A stretch of 16,259 nt of DNA from contig JAWODM010000010.1 of the NCBI GenBank assembly GCA_046483305.1, positions 1 to 16,259 of the forward strand, read 5' to 3'. The translations under genes and the position numbers were made by a program. Below the pieces are notes generated by a model. That model was given only the letters and a program-made list of their open reading frames with translations, ran no database searches and was not told where the DNA came from. Positions 1 to 7,874 of this stretch are shown one piece after another. This stretch comes from Candidatus Krumholzibacteriales bacterium (GTDB taxonomy: Bacteria > Krumholzibacteriota > Krumholzibacteriia > Krumholzibacteriales > WJIX01). The stretch's first letter is position 1, and the number at the start of each line of letters is the position of its first letter.

Positions 1-554
1 TATTCCGCGTTCTCTTCGATCTTTTCCTTCTTCATAACCAGTTTCTCGAAAGTCTCGTAAGTGCCGCTGTTGGTGTCCCTGCTGATCATAACGATCTCTA
101 CGCCGGGGCCCCCCAGCTGCTTCCAGTTGGTGTACTTGCCCTGGTAGATTTCCCTTACCTGCTTTACTGTCAGCTCCTTGACCGGATTGGACGGATGAAC
201 GATCATCGCTATACCGTCAACCGCCACTACGTGGGCGACCGGCATGATGCCGCTGTTGACCGCAGCGCTGAACTCTCCATCTTTCATGAAACGGGACATG
301 CTGGCAATATTGCACATTTTGTTGAGAAGACTTTTAGCGCCGTTACCGCTTCCCGATTCACTTACGGTAATATTCACATCTTTGTGGTTGGACATATAGT
401 ACTCGGCAAAAGCTTTAGCTATCGGGCCCACCGTGGTAGAACCGTCAATAACTATCTTGTTCCCCTCGCCGGCTTCAGCTCTGTCCGATACTCCCGATGA
501 CAGAACGGATGCTAATAAGAGAATCACAGAGAAGATTCTGATCCATCTTATCAT
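1..554 (-). CDS. pstS: Phosphate ABC transporter substrate-binding protein PstS (partial; 3' end runs off the window)
   Basis: Not in the ORF track; translated by hand from ATG 554-552: MIRWIRIFSVILLLASVLSSGVSDRAEAGEGNKIVIDGSTTVGPIAKAFAEYY...SESGSGNG...IASMSR...VAVDGIAMIVHPSNPVKELT...IYQGKYTNWKQLGG...SRDTNSGTYETF. It has a signal peptide and the PstS/PBP motifs GSTT, SGSG, SR and SGT. RBS GGAGG at 566-562. Lies directly downstream of phoR. Confidence 0.93.
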   Translation of the reverse strand, partial: MIRWIRIFSVILLLASVLSSGVSDRAEAGEGNKIVIDGSTTVGPIAKAFAEYYMSNHKDVNITVSESGSGNGAKSLLNKMCNIASMSRFMKDGEFSAAVNSGIMPVAHVVAVDGIAMIVHPSNPVKELTVKQVREIYQGKYTNWKQLGGPGVEIVMISRDTNSGTYETFEKLVMKKEKIEENAE

Positions 555-587
555 GTTCGTACCTCCCTCTCGGTTAAAGTTACGAAC

Positions 588-641
588 AAAATAAGCCCGC
601 CCCGTTACGTTTTTATTAATGAATTGTTAAGATTACGTTAA
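588..641 (-). promoter_or_regulatory. Pho box (four 11-bp-phased direct repeats) plus -10 element of the pstS promoter
   Basis: Minus strand reads TTAACG (641-636), TTAACA (630-625), TTAATA (619-614), GTAACG (608-603), exactly 11 bp apart. This matches the Bacillus-type PhoP consensus TT(A/T/C)ACA-N5. A candidate -10, TATTTT, follows at 593-588. Confidence 0.8.
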
Positions 642-655
642 TATCTGATATTCTC

Positions 656-2425
656 TCAGGCCGCGGGGATAATTATACTGAATTTGCTCCCTTTCCCCGG
701 TTCGCTCTCCACTTCCACACGCCCGCCGTGAACCTGGGCGATATGCTTTACTATGGCCAGCCCCAGGCCCGTCCCACCCTCTCTTCTGCTCCTGGCCCGG
801 TCCACCCGGTAGAACCTTTCGAATATCCTTGGAAGGTGTTTTTCCCCTATCCCCCTGCCCCTGTCTATCACATCTATGTAGACATTATCTTCGCCTTCGG
901 TAACTATAATTTTCACTTTACTTCCGGGGTCGCTGTTCTTTATGGCGTTATCCACCAGATTCGATATCGCCTGGCTTATCAGGACCGGAACCGCCCTGAT
1001 ATGCAGGTCTTCCGGATACTCGGTTATGATCTCAATATTCTTATCTTCGGCCCCGGCCAGACAGAAATCGAGCGTTTCATCCAGCACATCCTGAATATTA
1101 AGCCTCACAAATCTTTCCTCGCCGCTCCGGGTCTGCTGAAGGCGGGAAAGGGTCAGCAGATCTTCTATAATGTAATTCATCCGGTCGGCATGCCGGCTGA
1201 TTATCTTAAGAAACCTGTTAAGTTTCTCCGGATTTGCTCCTTTCTCGTCCAGCAGGGTTTCCGCGAAGCCCTTGACAGTGGTTATGGGGGTCCGCAGCTC
1301 ATGGGAGACATTGGCCACAAAGTCACGCCTGACATTTTCAAGCTTCCTCAGCCTGTCTATGTCACGCAGGACTATAACAGCCCCCTGATTCTCGCCGTCT
1401 GTTCCCTGAAGGGGAGCTCCGCTGACCGAATAATATTTTTCCTCGCCGAGCCTGATCTCTATCTCTTCAAGTTTAACTCCTGATATCAGCTTTCCGGCAA
1501 GCTGTTCAACTTCGTAATTCCTTACCACTTCCTCAATAGATTTCCCGATCACATCCCGGTTGCCGGTCTCGAAAACCTCCCGGGCCAGGGGATTCATTCG
1601 CATCACCTTTTCGTCATTATCCACCACCAGAAGCCCCTCGTTCATGCTGGAGAAGATAGCCTCCTGTTCCATACTCTGCCTTCTGGCATTTTCAATCCTT
1701 ACCGCCAGCCGCCCGGCCATATCATTCATAACTTCGGACAGGGTGTCGGTCTCCAGAAGGCCCTGCCTGGGTAGCCTGTAGCTGAGGTCGTCTCCGGCGA
1801 AACGCTCCGCTCCCTTTCTTATCGTTTCCAGCGGCCCGGTTATCTTTCCGGAAACCAGCCATCCGATTATGAGAGCAAGCACCGCCGCTACCAGCCCCGC
1901 CCAGAATATCCTGTTATTCATCCATTCAAGGCTCTCGTTCAGCGAAACCAGGGGGACTGAGGTTCTGATCACTGCCAGAAGCTTTCCTTCCTCATAAACC
2001 GGAACCGCTACATACAGCTGATTGCGTTTCAGCGTTTCGCTGTACCTGAGCGACGAGCCGGTCTCTCCCCTGTAAGCTGAGATAACCTCTGGCCGGTTGG
2101 CATGGTTTTCCATGAGAAAAGGATCTTTTTCGGAATCTCCCGCCACTTTTCCGGAAGGAAGAATCAGGGTCACCCTCATCCCGGATACCGCTCCGATAGT
2201 ATCGCATATGGCATCGGCGGTTTCAACTTCATCAAGGCAATCCGGTCCGGCCCGGAATATATACTGCCTCAGAAGCCTTGCCCTCTCTTCCAGCCCCCGT
2301 TCGGTCTCTTCGATGTAGAACTGCCTGACCGTACTGGAGGCGTACCAGGAGACAGCTACCAGCGCTATTATAACAATGAGAAAATGATATGGAAGAATAT
2401 GCCAGATGATCCGTTTCTGCCGCAT
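656..2425 (-). CDS. phoR: Sensor histidine kinase PhoR (two TM helices, extracytoplasmic domain, HAMP, PAS, HisKA, HATPase)
   Basis: H-box DFVANVSHELRTPIT, N-box NLVDNAIK, G1 DRGRGI, F-box IFERFYRVDRARSR, G2 GGTGLGLAIVKH. Sits between an OmpR-family regulator and pstS. Its ATG directly follows the regulator's TAG (TAGATG), consistent with translational coupling. Confidence 0.9.
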   Translation of the reverse strand: MRQKRIIWHILPYHFLIVIIALVAVSWYASSTVRQFYIEETERGLEERARLLRQYIFRAGPDCLDEVETADAICDTIGAVSGMRVTLILPSGKVAGDSEKDPFLMENHANRPEVISAYRGETGSSLRYSETLKRNQLYVAVPVYEEGKLLAVIRTSVPLVSLNESLEWMNNRIFWAGLVAAVLALIIGWLVSGKITGPLETIRKGAERFAGDDLSYRLPRQGLLETDTLSEVMNDMAGRLAVRIENARRQSMEQEAIFSSMNEGLLVVDNDEKVMRMNPLAREVFETGNRDVIGKSIEEVVRNYEVEQLAGKLISGVKLEEIEIRLGEEKYYSVSGAPLQGTDGENQGAVIVLRDIDRLRKLENVRRDFVANVSHELRTPITTVKGFAETLLDEKGANPEKLNRFLKIISRHADRMNYIIEDLLTLSRLQQTRSGEERFVRLNIQDVLDETLDFCLAGAEDKNIEIITEYPEDLHIRAVPVLISQAISNLVDNAIKNSDPGSKVKIIVTEGEDNVYIDVIDRGRGIGEKHLPRIFERFYRVDRARSRREGGTGLGLAIVKHIAQVHGGRVEVESEPGKGSKFSIIIPAA

Positions 2426-3112
2426 CTACATCTCCATAAAACGGTAACCTATTCCCCTTACCGTCTGAATGTAATCCCCGGATTCCCCCAGCTTCTTACG
2501 GATTCCCACTATATGCACATCCACGCTTCTGTCCGTGACCACGTACTCGTCCCCCCGCGAGGCATCGATCAGCTGGTTGCGGGTAAAGACCCATCCGGGC
2601 CTTTTTGCCATATAATAAAGTATCTTGAACTCAGTTGAAGTAAGCTCGAGCTGTTCTCCGTCCAGTTTTACCAGGTACCGGTGGGGATCTATTTCCAGCT
2701 TTCCTATCTTTATCCTCTCCTCCTCCCCTCCACGCTTCGAAACCGAGCGGAGCACCGCCTTGACCCTGGCAACCACCACTCTGGGGCTGAAAGGCTTGGT
2801 GATATAATCACTGGCTCCCAGTTCCAGCCCGGCCACTATATCTGACTCCTCCCCCCTGGCGGTGAGCATTATAACAGGTATGGGAGCGGTGTCAGGGTCA
2901 TTTTTCAGGATCTTACAGACAGTCAGACCGTCAACTCCGGGAAGCATAAGATCCAGAATAATGAGATCCGGATCTTCACTGCCTGCCTTCTGGAGCGCCT
3001 TCTCCCCGGTTCCCACGCAGGTAACCTCGAAGCCCTCCCTTTCCAGGTTATATCTTACCAGTTCGGTAATATCCTCTTCATCATCAACGACCAGAATATG
3101 TTTCTCTTTCAT
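2426..3112 (-). CDS. phoB: OmpR/PhoB-family response regulator (228 aa)
   Basis: Receiver motifs ILVVDDE, LILDLMLPG, MLTA, DYITKPF, and winged-helix R-SVDVHI..IRKKL..IQTVRGIGYRF. Start re-called at ATG 3112 (MKEKHIL), preceded by GGAGAGG, rather than the ORF-track start at 3172. Confidence 0.9.
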   Translation of the reverse strand: MKEKHILVVDDEEDITELVRYNLEREGFEVTCVGTGEKALQKAGSEDPDLIILDLMLPGVDGLTVCKILKNDPDTAPIPVIMLTARGEESDIVAGLELGASDYITKPFSPRVVVARVKAVLRSVSKRGGEEERIKIGKLEIDPHRYLVKLDGEQLELTSTEFKILYYMAKRPGWVFTRNQLIDASRGDEYVVTDRSVDVHIVGIRKKLGESGDYIQTVRGIGYRFMEM

Positions 3113-3332
3113 ACCTCTCCTTCTGCTTCCGGAGAAAAAATACTGCACGAAGCTGAGGGCGGGCGCTATCACCGGTTTGATCGGGAACCCGGCCTCAGCC
3201 GCTGTTATCGACGATGTTAGTACTTATATTATCCTCATATTCTGAAAATTGTCCTTGTTCTATGACAGGATTTTAAAATATTCCGGTTAATAATCAAACA
3301 AAAAGGTTGATTTATCAAGCCGGACAGGTTTT

Positions 3333-3351
3333 TCTAACAGTTATCTAACAG
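3333..3351 (+). promoter_or_regulatory. Direct repeat TCTAACAG-N3-TCTAACAG (11-bp period), candidate PhoB/OmpR-family site
   Basis: Exact 8-mer at 3333-3340 and 3344-3351, with the same period and TAACA core as the pstS Pho box. An AT-rich -10-like stretch (TTATATATT, 3363-3371) follows. Confidence 0.45.
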
Positions 3352-3448
3352 AAATGGCAGAATTATATATTTTTCGAGTGACAAACAGGTAGATTTCAGA
3401 TAATTTTGAAACATGCGGTATATTGACGAGCGCTCATCGAATAAGAAC

Positions 3449-3477
3449 TTGACAATAAATTGTTACAATATTATAAT
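3449..3477 (+). promoter_or_regulatory. Consensus sigma70-type promoter of the perR oxidative-stress cluster
   Basis: TTGACA (3449-3454), 17-bp spacer, TATAAT (3472-3477): a perfect consensus 38 nt upstream of the perR ATG. Confidence 0.85.
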
Positions 3478-3485
3478 GATTACAG
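3471..3485 (+). promoter_or_regulatory. Per-box-like operator overlapping the -10 element (PerR autorepression)
   Basis: TTATAATGATTACAG versus the B. subtilis Per box TTATAATnATTATAA: 12 of 14 defined positions match. A further palindrome, ATTGT-T-ACAAT (3459-3469), lies in the promoter spacer. Confidence 0.65.
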
Positions 3486-3514
3486 ATTAGTAACCAGTGA
3501 ACAGGAGCCTGCCT

Positions 3515-3937
3515 ATGAACAGCATCAGAGAGATCGTGGAAAACGAAGGGGTTTCGCTGACACCTCAGAGACTGGCCATAATTCAGTTTCTGGACGGTAA
3601 CAGAACTCACCCGACCGCGGATAACATCTACAGGGATGTAAAACCAAAATATCCCACGATTTCAAAAGCAACTGTTTATTCTACACTCAGGCTCTTATGC
3701 GATGTGGGCGCTGTACAGGAGCTTTCCATCAGAAAAAGAGGGGAAGCCTGTTTTGATCCGTGCACCGAACCCCACCACCATTTTCTATGCAGGAAATGTG
3801 ACAGGGTTTTTGATATATCCATTGACCTTTATGACAAATCGGATATAATACATGCCTTAGATTCTTATGGACACCGTGTTGAGGATATACATTCTTACTT
3901 TTATGGGGTCTGCAGCGACTGTATCCAAAGCAAATAG
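3515..3937 (+). CDS. perR: Peroxide-responsive Fur-family repressor PerR (140 aa)
   Basis: TPQR...HPTADNIY...SKATVY helix-turn-helix. Regulatory-metal ligands FD..HHHF and VFD, with Asp at the PerR D104-equivalent position (Fur has Glu). Two structural Zn CxxC motifs (CRKC, CSDC). ATG 3515 is preferred over GTG 3497 because AGGAG lies at 3503-3507. Confidence 0.85.
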   Translation: MNSIREIVENEGVSLTPQRLAIIQFLDGNRTHPTADNIYRDVKPKYPTISKATVYSTLRLLCDVGAVQELSIRKRGEACFDPCTEPHHHFLCRKCDRVFDISIDLYDKSDIIHALDSYGHRVEDIHSYFYGVCSDCIQSK

Positions 3938-3964
3938 TTAATTACTGAGTCCGGGAGGCTTTAA

Positions 3965-5149
3965 GTGAAAGAAGTATCTTTAAAAGATGATATATTCTGG
4001 GTGGGAGCTATAGACTGGGACCTGAGAAACTTCCATGGTTACATTACCCGGCGGGGTTCCACCTATAACGCGTACCTGATTATGGATGAAAAAAAGGTGT
4101 TGGTGGACACCGTGAAGGATTACCTGTTCGATCAGATGCTTTCCAGGATCAAGAAGGTAATCGATCCGGCGGAAATAGACTATATAGTGTCTAACCATGT
4201 GGAGATGGACCACAGCGGGTCAATACCGGCTATTCTGGAGTACTGCCCCAATGCAAAAATAGTCACCTCGAGGATGGGCAAAAAGGGGCTGAGGAAACAT
4301 TACGGAGATGACCTGAACCTCGTTCCCGTCGAATCAGGCGAGACTCTGGATATCGGAAAGAGAACCCTCACTTTCGTCCACACTCCCATGGTACACTGGC
4401 CGGACAATATGGTCACCTATGTAAATGAAGATAAAATACTGATGTCCAATGACGCATTCGGCCAGCATATCGCAAGCCCCGAGAGGTTCGACGATCAGAT
4501 AGACTGGGGAATAATACGGGAGGAAGCGGCCAAGTACTATGCCAATATAGTACTCCCCTACTCCCAGCAGGCCGGCAAGGCTCTGGAGGCCATCTCCGGC
4601 CTGGATATAGATATGATAGCCCCCAGCCACGGAATTATCTGGCGCAAGAACGTTGAGCGCATTATCGGGGAATACGGGAAATGGACAGAATCAGAGACCC
4701 CGGCGGGCAGCGTATTGATAGTATACGATACCATGTGGGGCTCCACCGGGAAGATCGCACACACCCTTCTGAAAGCGATTGAGGAACAGGGCAGATCAGT
4801 GACTATCAGGAATCTGAGCGAGAGCCATATATCCGATATCATGACCGACGTGCTGGAGTCCCGGTTCATCCTGATCGGCTCCCCCACCCTGAATAACGGC
4901 ATGCTGCCTACGGTGGGTAAGTTTCTTACCTATCTGAAGGGGCTGAGGCCGGCCGGCAGGATCGGAATGGCTTTCGGTTCCTATGGCTGGGGAGGACAGG
5001 CGCCCGGAGAGATAGAGGATATTATCAGGGATATGGGATGGGAGATACCGGTGGATAAGATAAGGATAAATTACATCCCCGGAGAGCAGGATCTGAAGAA
5101 AGTCAGGGAAACCGCAAAGAAATTTATTGATTCAACAGATAAAGAGTAA
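3965..5149 (+). CDS. fprA: Class A flavodiiron protein (FprA; O2/NO reductase)
   Basis: Metallo-beta-lactamase diiron motifs [31 protein letters not shown]. Flavodoxin domain [23 protein letters not shown] start with GGGAGG RBS at 3953-3958. Confidence 0.95.
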   Translation: MKEVSLKDDIFWVGAIDWDLRNFHGYITRRGSTYNAYLIMDEKKVLVDTVKDYLFDQMLSRIKKVIDPAEIDYIVSNHVEMDHSGSIPAILEYCPNAKIVTSRMGKKGLRKHYGDDLNLVPVESGETLDIGKRTLTFVHTPMVHWPDNMVTYVNEDKILMSNDAFGQHIASPERFDDQIDWGIIREEAAKYYANIVLPYSQQAGKALEAISGLDIDMIAPSHGIIWRKNVERIIGEYGKWTESETPAGSVLIVYDTMWGSTGKIAHTLLKAIEEQGRSVTIRNLSESHISDIMTDVLESRFILIGSPTLNNGMLPTVGKFLTYLKGLRPAGRIGMAFGSYGWGGQAPGEIEDIIRDMGWEIPVDKIRINYIPGEQDLKKVRETAKKFIDSTDKE

Positions 5150-5178
5150 CAATTTTCAGAGCACGAGGAGGAAAACAG

Positions 5179-5568
5179 ATGGCTGAGAGAATGGAAGTTT
5201 ACAAATGCGATATTTGCGGAAATATCGTGGAAGTTCTTCACGGCGGCAAGGGCGAGCTGGTCTGCTGCGGCGAGCCGATGGAAAAGATGGAAGAGCAGAC
5301 CGCCGATTGGAAAAATGAGAAGCATGTGCCGGTAGTGGAGAAGGACGGCGAGACCATCAAGGTTACGGTAGGGAGCACTCCCCATCCGATGGAGAAGGAA
5401 CATTATATCGAATGGATAGAGATCTCCAGCGACGCCGGACGAGTCTATCGAAAATACCTGAAACCGGGAGACGAGCCGGGAACACATTTCCTGATCTGCG
5501 ATGAGTGCTCGGACGGAGTCAAGGCCAGAGAATTCTGCAACGTTCATGATTTGTGGACAACAGAGTAA
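5179..5568 (+). CDS. dfx: Desulfoferrodoxin (2Fe superoxide reductase)
   Basis: Desulforedoxin domain CDICGN...LVCCGEPM. Catalytic centre EKHVP, HPM..EHYIEWI, CNVH. Confidence 0.95.
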   Translation: MAERMEVYKCDICGNIVEVLHGGKGELVCCGEPMEKMEEQTADWKNEKHVPVVEKDGETIKVTVGSTPHPMEKEHYIEWIEISSDAGRVYRKYLKPGDEPGTHFLICDECSDGVKAREFCNVHDLWTTE

Positions 5569-5633
5569 CGCCGGCATCCACTTAGTTAACAAGGCCGGAA
5601 ATGCCGCAAAATACAACTTAAGGAGGTTTTGTA

Positions 5634-6209
5634 GTGGCATCTCTCAAAGGAAGTAAGACAGAACAGAACCTGCTGACAGCCTTCGCCGGCGAGTCGCAGG
5701 CCAGAAACAGATACGATTACTTTGCATCCAAGGCTAAAAAGGAAGGGTACGTTCAGATATCCAATATATTCCTGGAAACCGCCCGGAACGAAAAAGAGCA
5801 CGCCAAGCGGCTCTTCAAGTTCCTGGAAGGCGGAGATGTTAAGATAGAAGCGGAATACCCGGCCGGAGTTATCGGCTGCACCGCCGACAACCTGAAAGCC
5901 GCCGCCGAGGGTGAAAATCACGAACATACCGAGATGTACCCGGAATTTGCCGAAATCGCCGACGAGGAAGGGTTCAAGGATATAGCGGAGGTCTTCCGCA
6001 GTATAGCGATAGCGGAAAAACAGCATGAAAAGCGTTATCTGGACCTGCTTGAGAACATCGAAAAAGACAGAGTGTTCAAGAGAGAAGAGCCGGTTAAGTG
6101 GAAATGCGATAACTGCGGATACGTACACGAAGGGGCCGAAGCGCCCAAAATATGCCCGGCATGTGCTCACCCGAAAGCTCATTTCGAGCTTCTTGGTGAG
6201 AACTATTAA
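5634..6209 (+). CDS. rbr: Rubrerythrin
   Basis: LKGSKTEQNLLTAFAGESQARNRY, EKEHAK, EGENHE...MYPEFA, EKQH, and a C-terminal rubredoxin-like CDNCG...CPACAHP. GTG start with AAGGAGG RBS at 5620-5626. Confidence 0.96.
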   Translation: MASLKGSKTEQNLLTAFAGESQARNRYDYFASKAKKEGYVQISNIFLETARNEKEHAKRLFKFLEGGDVKIEAEYPAGVIGCTADNLKAAAEGENHEHTEMYPEFAEIADEEGFKDIAEVFRSIAIAEKQHEKRYLDLLENIEKDRVFKREEPVKWKCDNCGYVHEGAEAPKICPACAHPKAHFELLGENY

Positions 6210-6233
6210 TACTGAAACGAATCCGGGAGCAGG

Positions 6234-6396
6234 AATTCAAGTCCCGGGTCAGGATACGCAGCGGGTTTGGGAGCGGCCGTTTGAGGGCCGAAAGAAAACA
6301 GCATCATAAGACCTGAGGCTCAATCCCCGGAAGAGCCATGCATCCCCCGGCGGTCGCTCCCGAACTGAATACAGGGATAACCCGGTGCTGAAGATT
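6234..6396 (+). ncRNA. Candidate structured RNA (rod with central bubble), family unassigned
   Basis: 6264-6281 pairs with 6349-6366 over 18 uninterrupted pairs (13 Watson-Crick, 5 G-U). Outer helices CCGGGT/ACCCGG (6244-6249/6380-6385) and TTCA/TGAA (6236-6239/6389-6392). Inner hairpin GGCTC/GAGCC (6317-6321/6333-6337). Confidence 0.45.
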
Positions 6397-6490
6397 GTAA
6401 GGGATTTCTTATTGAACCGTCAACAGTCAACAGAACAGAAACGGCCGGGCACAGAACCGGAGTCTGTGAGAAATACTGAAAGGTAACTAT

Positions 6491-7105
6491 ATGATAGCTC
6501 AGAACTGGTTATGTGAAAAATGCGGCCACTCCGCCCTGAGTCCTTTTCCGCCGGAGAAATGCCCCTCCTGCGGGGCGGACAGAAAATATTTTAAGAGAGA
6601 GAATGAATTCAAATTCCCGGAGGGGGAATTAGAGCATATTATAACCACCTGCTGGAAGATCAGTTATGGCCTGTATATGGTAAGTTCCCTTGACGGGGAC
6701 AGCATGAACGGACAGATTTGCAACGCGTTCATGCAGATAACAGCTGACCCTCCCCGGTTCGCGGTAGGCATCAGCCATGATAATCTGACCCATGAATATA
6801 TAGAGAAGAGCGGCGTTTTCGCAGCTTCGATTCTGGGAAAGGATGACCAGAAAATAGTAAGGAGATTCGGTTACCGCTCCGGAAGGGAATTCGACAAGTT
6901 CAAGGGGCTGGACATTATAAAAGGCAGAACCGGCTGCCCGGTGCTTAAGGACGCCATAGGTTACATAGAATGCACAGTTATCAGAGATATGCAAATGGAT
7001 GCCGGAACTCACAGCATTTTCGTGGGTGATGTGGCGGGAGGAGAAACATTCAGGGATGAAGAACCGATGACATACGCCTACTATCACCAGACCAAACACA
7101 GGTGA
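6491..7105 (+). CDS. Rubredoxin-like domain / flavin reductase fusion (high-molecular-weight rubredoxin Hrb-like, reversed domain order)
   Basis: N-terminal WLCEKCG-x11-CPSCGA, a short rubrerythrin-type FeCys4 domain. It is followed by a flavin-reductase-like domain: ISYGLYMVSS, NGQICNAFMQIT, NLTHEYI, FGYRSGREFDKF, DAGTHSIFVG, PMTYAYYH. Confidence 0.85.
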   Translation: MIAQNWLCEKCGHSALSPFPPEKCPSCGADRKYFKRENEFKFPEGELEHIITTCWKISYGLYMVSSLDGDSMNGQICNAFMQITADPPRFAVGISHDNLTHEYIEKSGVFAASILGKDDQKIVRRFGYRSGREFDKFKGLDIIKGRTGCPVLKDAIGYIECTVIRDMQMDAGTHSIFVGDVAGGETFRDEEPMTYAYYHQTKHR

Positions 7106-7130
7106 GCTGTCCGGCGAAAGGAGAGATCAA

Positions 7131-7619
7131 GTGAAATCTGACAAACAGACCATTGACGCGCTGGAAGAAGCTATCTACCGGGAGATAGGCGCCTTCAGGT
7201 TTTACACCACAGTAGCGGAGGAGATAACCAATCCCGGGGGCAAGAAGAAATTCGAAGAGATAGCCGGGGACGAAAAAATGCACCGGGAGAAACTGGTATC
7301 GTGGTACAACAAACTTTCCCCCGAGCGGTTTGAAATGTCCGACGAGAAGATAGAGAAATCCGAAATAAATGGTATCCGGCTTAACCAGAGAGCCGGGGCC
7401 GAAGAAGCACTGGATATAGCGATTGAAGCGGAACTGAGAGCCAACGAGTTTTATTCCGAGCAGGCGGAAAAGGTGGATGATGAGGATTTGAGAGAGCTTT
7501 ACCTGACACTGGCGGAAGACGAAGATGGCCACTACAACCTTCTGGTGGCGGAAAAGAATGCCATGGCCGGGGGATTCTACTGGTTCGATATGGATTCCAC
7601 GGCATTCATGGAAGACTGA
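7131..7619 (+). CDS. Ferritin-like diiron four-helix protein (rubrerythrin family, no rubredoxin domain)
   Basis: Duplicated E-x6-Y...ExxH pattern: REIGAFRFY...DEKMH and AELRANEFY...DEDGH. GTG start preceded by AAGGAG. Confidence 0.85.
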   Translation: MKSDKQTIDALEEAIYREIGAFRFYTTVAEEITNPGGKKKFEEIAGDEKMHREKLVSWYNKLSPERFEMSDEKIEKSEINGIRLNQRAGAEEALDIAIEAELRANEFYSEQAEKVDDEDLRELYLTLAEDEDGHYNLLVAEKNAMAGGFYWFDMDSTAFMED

Positions 7620-7649
7620 CCGGCAGACTTTCAAAGAAAGGAGAGTGGG

Positions 7650-7808
7650 ATGGACAAGTACGAATGCACGGTATGCGGGTATATATACGATCCTGAAAAG
7701 GGCGACCCGGAAAACGGTATCGACCCGGGAACGTCTTTCGAGGACCTGCCCGACGACTGGGTATGCCCCGACTGCGGAGTGGGTAAGGACGAATTCGAAA
7801 AACTGTAG
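7650..7808 (+). CDS. rub: Rubredoxin (52 aa)
   Basis: Not in the ORF track. Hand translation: [52 protein letters not shown], a classic type-1 rubredoxin. AAGGAG RBS at 7638-7643. Confidence 0.97.
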   Translation: MDKYECTVCGYIYDPEKGDPENGIDPGTSFEDLPDDWVCPDCGVGKDEFEKL

Positions 7809-7815
7809 GGATGAT

Positions 7816-7841
7816 GCGCGGCCTCCGTGAGGGGGCCGCGC
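7816..7841 (+). other. GC-rich hairpin with GNRA tetraloop after rubredoxin (mRNA stabiliser or attenuator; no U-tract)
   Basis: GCGCGGCCTCC-GTGA-GGGGGCCGCGC: 11-bp stem with one G-U pair, 7 nt after the rubredoxin stop. Confidence 0.6.
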
Positions 7842-7874
7842 CGTAATACCGCCAATAATGGAGGAAATTCAAGG

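Noticed and set aside
195..500. 101-aa plus-strand ORF
   Set aside because: Antisense shadow of pstS, which has clear family motifs, an RBS and a Pho box on the minus strand.
728..3245. Plus-strand ORFs 728-1483, 1560-1781, 2097-2318, 2102-2638, 2625-2807 and 2862-3245
   Set aside because: Antisense to phoR/phoB, with no recognisable motifs; typical codon-bias shadows.
6025..6309. 94-aa plus-strand ORF running from rbr into the structured intergenic region
   Set aside because: Out-of-frame overlap with rbr over most of its length, with no RBS and no motif.
6234..6396. Assignment of the intergenic structure as a cobalamin or FMN riboswitch (contains AGACCTG and CCGGCGGT)
   Set aside because: Only isolated short words match; the B12-box and RFN conserved cores and their order are absent.
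6419..6440. Short tandem GTCAACA-GTCAACA-GAACA-GAA
   Set aside because: Only two full 7-bp units; too short to call a repeat array or operator.
7103..7130. Possible selenocysteine read-through at the TGA ending the flavin reductase fusion
   Set aside because: The TGA is not at a Cys-equivalent position, the domain is already complete, and the next gene's RBS follows immediately.
7525..7830. 101-aa plus-strand ORF
   Set aside because: Wrong frame; the real gene here is rubredoxin 7650-7808.
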